Shown in pieces: positions 63,240 to 64,000 of a DNA stretch of 64,000 bases; position 1 is the stretch's first letter; every line of letters starts with the position of its first letter. The position numbers were made by a program, and so were the translations under genes. Below the pieces are notes generated by a model. The model had not been told where the DNA came from, searched no databases, and was given only the letters and a program-made list of their open reading frames with translations. Source of the DNA: Microbotryum violaceum (Eukaryota); NCBI GenBank assembly GCA_001244265.2, contig CDLV01000009.1:558001-622000 (forward strand), written 5' to 3'.

Positions 63240-64000
63240 TCGTGCGGTGTCGGTCGGTCGAAAGGTCACTTATTCTGCGAGCTTCTATTCTTTTCTTACC
63301 CATAGTCTGGTGCCTCACTTGTTGTAATGGATTTTCGTGGTTTTGGAACTCTTAGGTTGACCCGCCTGTTTCAAGGGGAGGGAGAGAACTTTCGTGCAGT
63401 CGAGACCAGAATCTCCCCGCTATGAGTAACCGTCTGAGCTTCATCCGACAGAGTGCAGTGGTAAGTACCTGACTGCCATCTCCTTGAGCTTTTCTGCCTA
63501 GGTAGGAAGTTCCTTGCCAAAGCGAAACTCAAGTGAAGGACTCGTGTCTACGGGAAGAGGTTTGAAAATGCCTCATTCTCGCGGTTTGCCGTCTCCGAAG
63601 CGAGCCAGGCCACCCGTGGACGCGCGGCTTCTTTCGGCCGACCGTGAGCAGGAGAAGTGTGTTACGAAGGACTCCATAGGAGCGAGCGAACGAACGACGT
63701 GTAAGTAATCAAGAACCCGATTGAAATCTCTAGCTGCAGAGCCTGGCAGAGCTTGCCTTATCGAGGGTGGGGACCCGCAAAGTTTCGGCTAGAAACGTCA
63801 ACTTGAGCCAGCCGGCGAAGTGGTAAATTGTCACCGGCTTACCGCGTGGAACCCGGGTCACTAGAAGGTGATTCATTGAGCTTTCGCTGTTCCAGCGGGG
63901 TCGTATTAAAGAACGGCTCCGATCGCGCTCCGTGGTGCAGCAGGCAGGGCGGAATGACGCAAACGAGTCGGGAACCGGGGTCCAAAAACAGACCTCGCCC

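Noticed and set aside
63450-63520. tRNA-Gly-like fragment (AGTGGTA...CTGCCAT)
   Set aside because: No T-loop GTTCRA and no acceptor stem.

Overview
Eukaryotic, intron-rich fungal genomic DNA. Short GT-AG introns with CTGAC/CTAAC branch points, micro-exons and the protein sequences suggest a basidiomycete, probably a Pucciniomycotina yeast (inference). Recognisable conserved genes, in order: 3' end of PDB1, a PTR2/POT peptide transporter, a UPF0658-type membrane protein, an intronless JmjC/cupin protein, YKT6, BUD31, mitochondrial uS15, VID27, DDI1, two tandem alpha/beta-hydrolase-fold paralogues, COQ10, an RRM protein, PEX10, SMC5, RRP43, an Rrn10-like gene, CHS5, VTC1, ARD1/NAA10 and SEC10. 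There are three mobile-element zones. (1) A ~3.3-kb TA-flanked pogo/Tigger-like element (5023-8359) with only a transposase C-terminal remnant and unrelated internal sequence. (2) A 5'-truncated LINE inserted in the YKT6/BUD31 divergent promoter. (3) A Helitron Rep fragment that forms a ~530-bp fold-back, next to two further inverted repeats (47.9-50.0 kb). Items not visible in the ORF track include a spliced 102-aa protein ending in CCTIS (CAAX), an RRM pseudogene, and an apparent Gly at the nucleophile position of both hydrolases. All gene models were built by eye and no database search was run.
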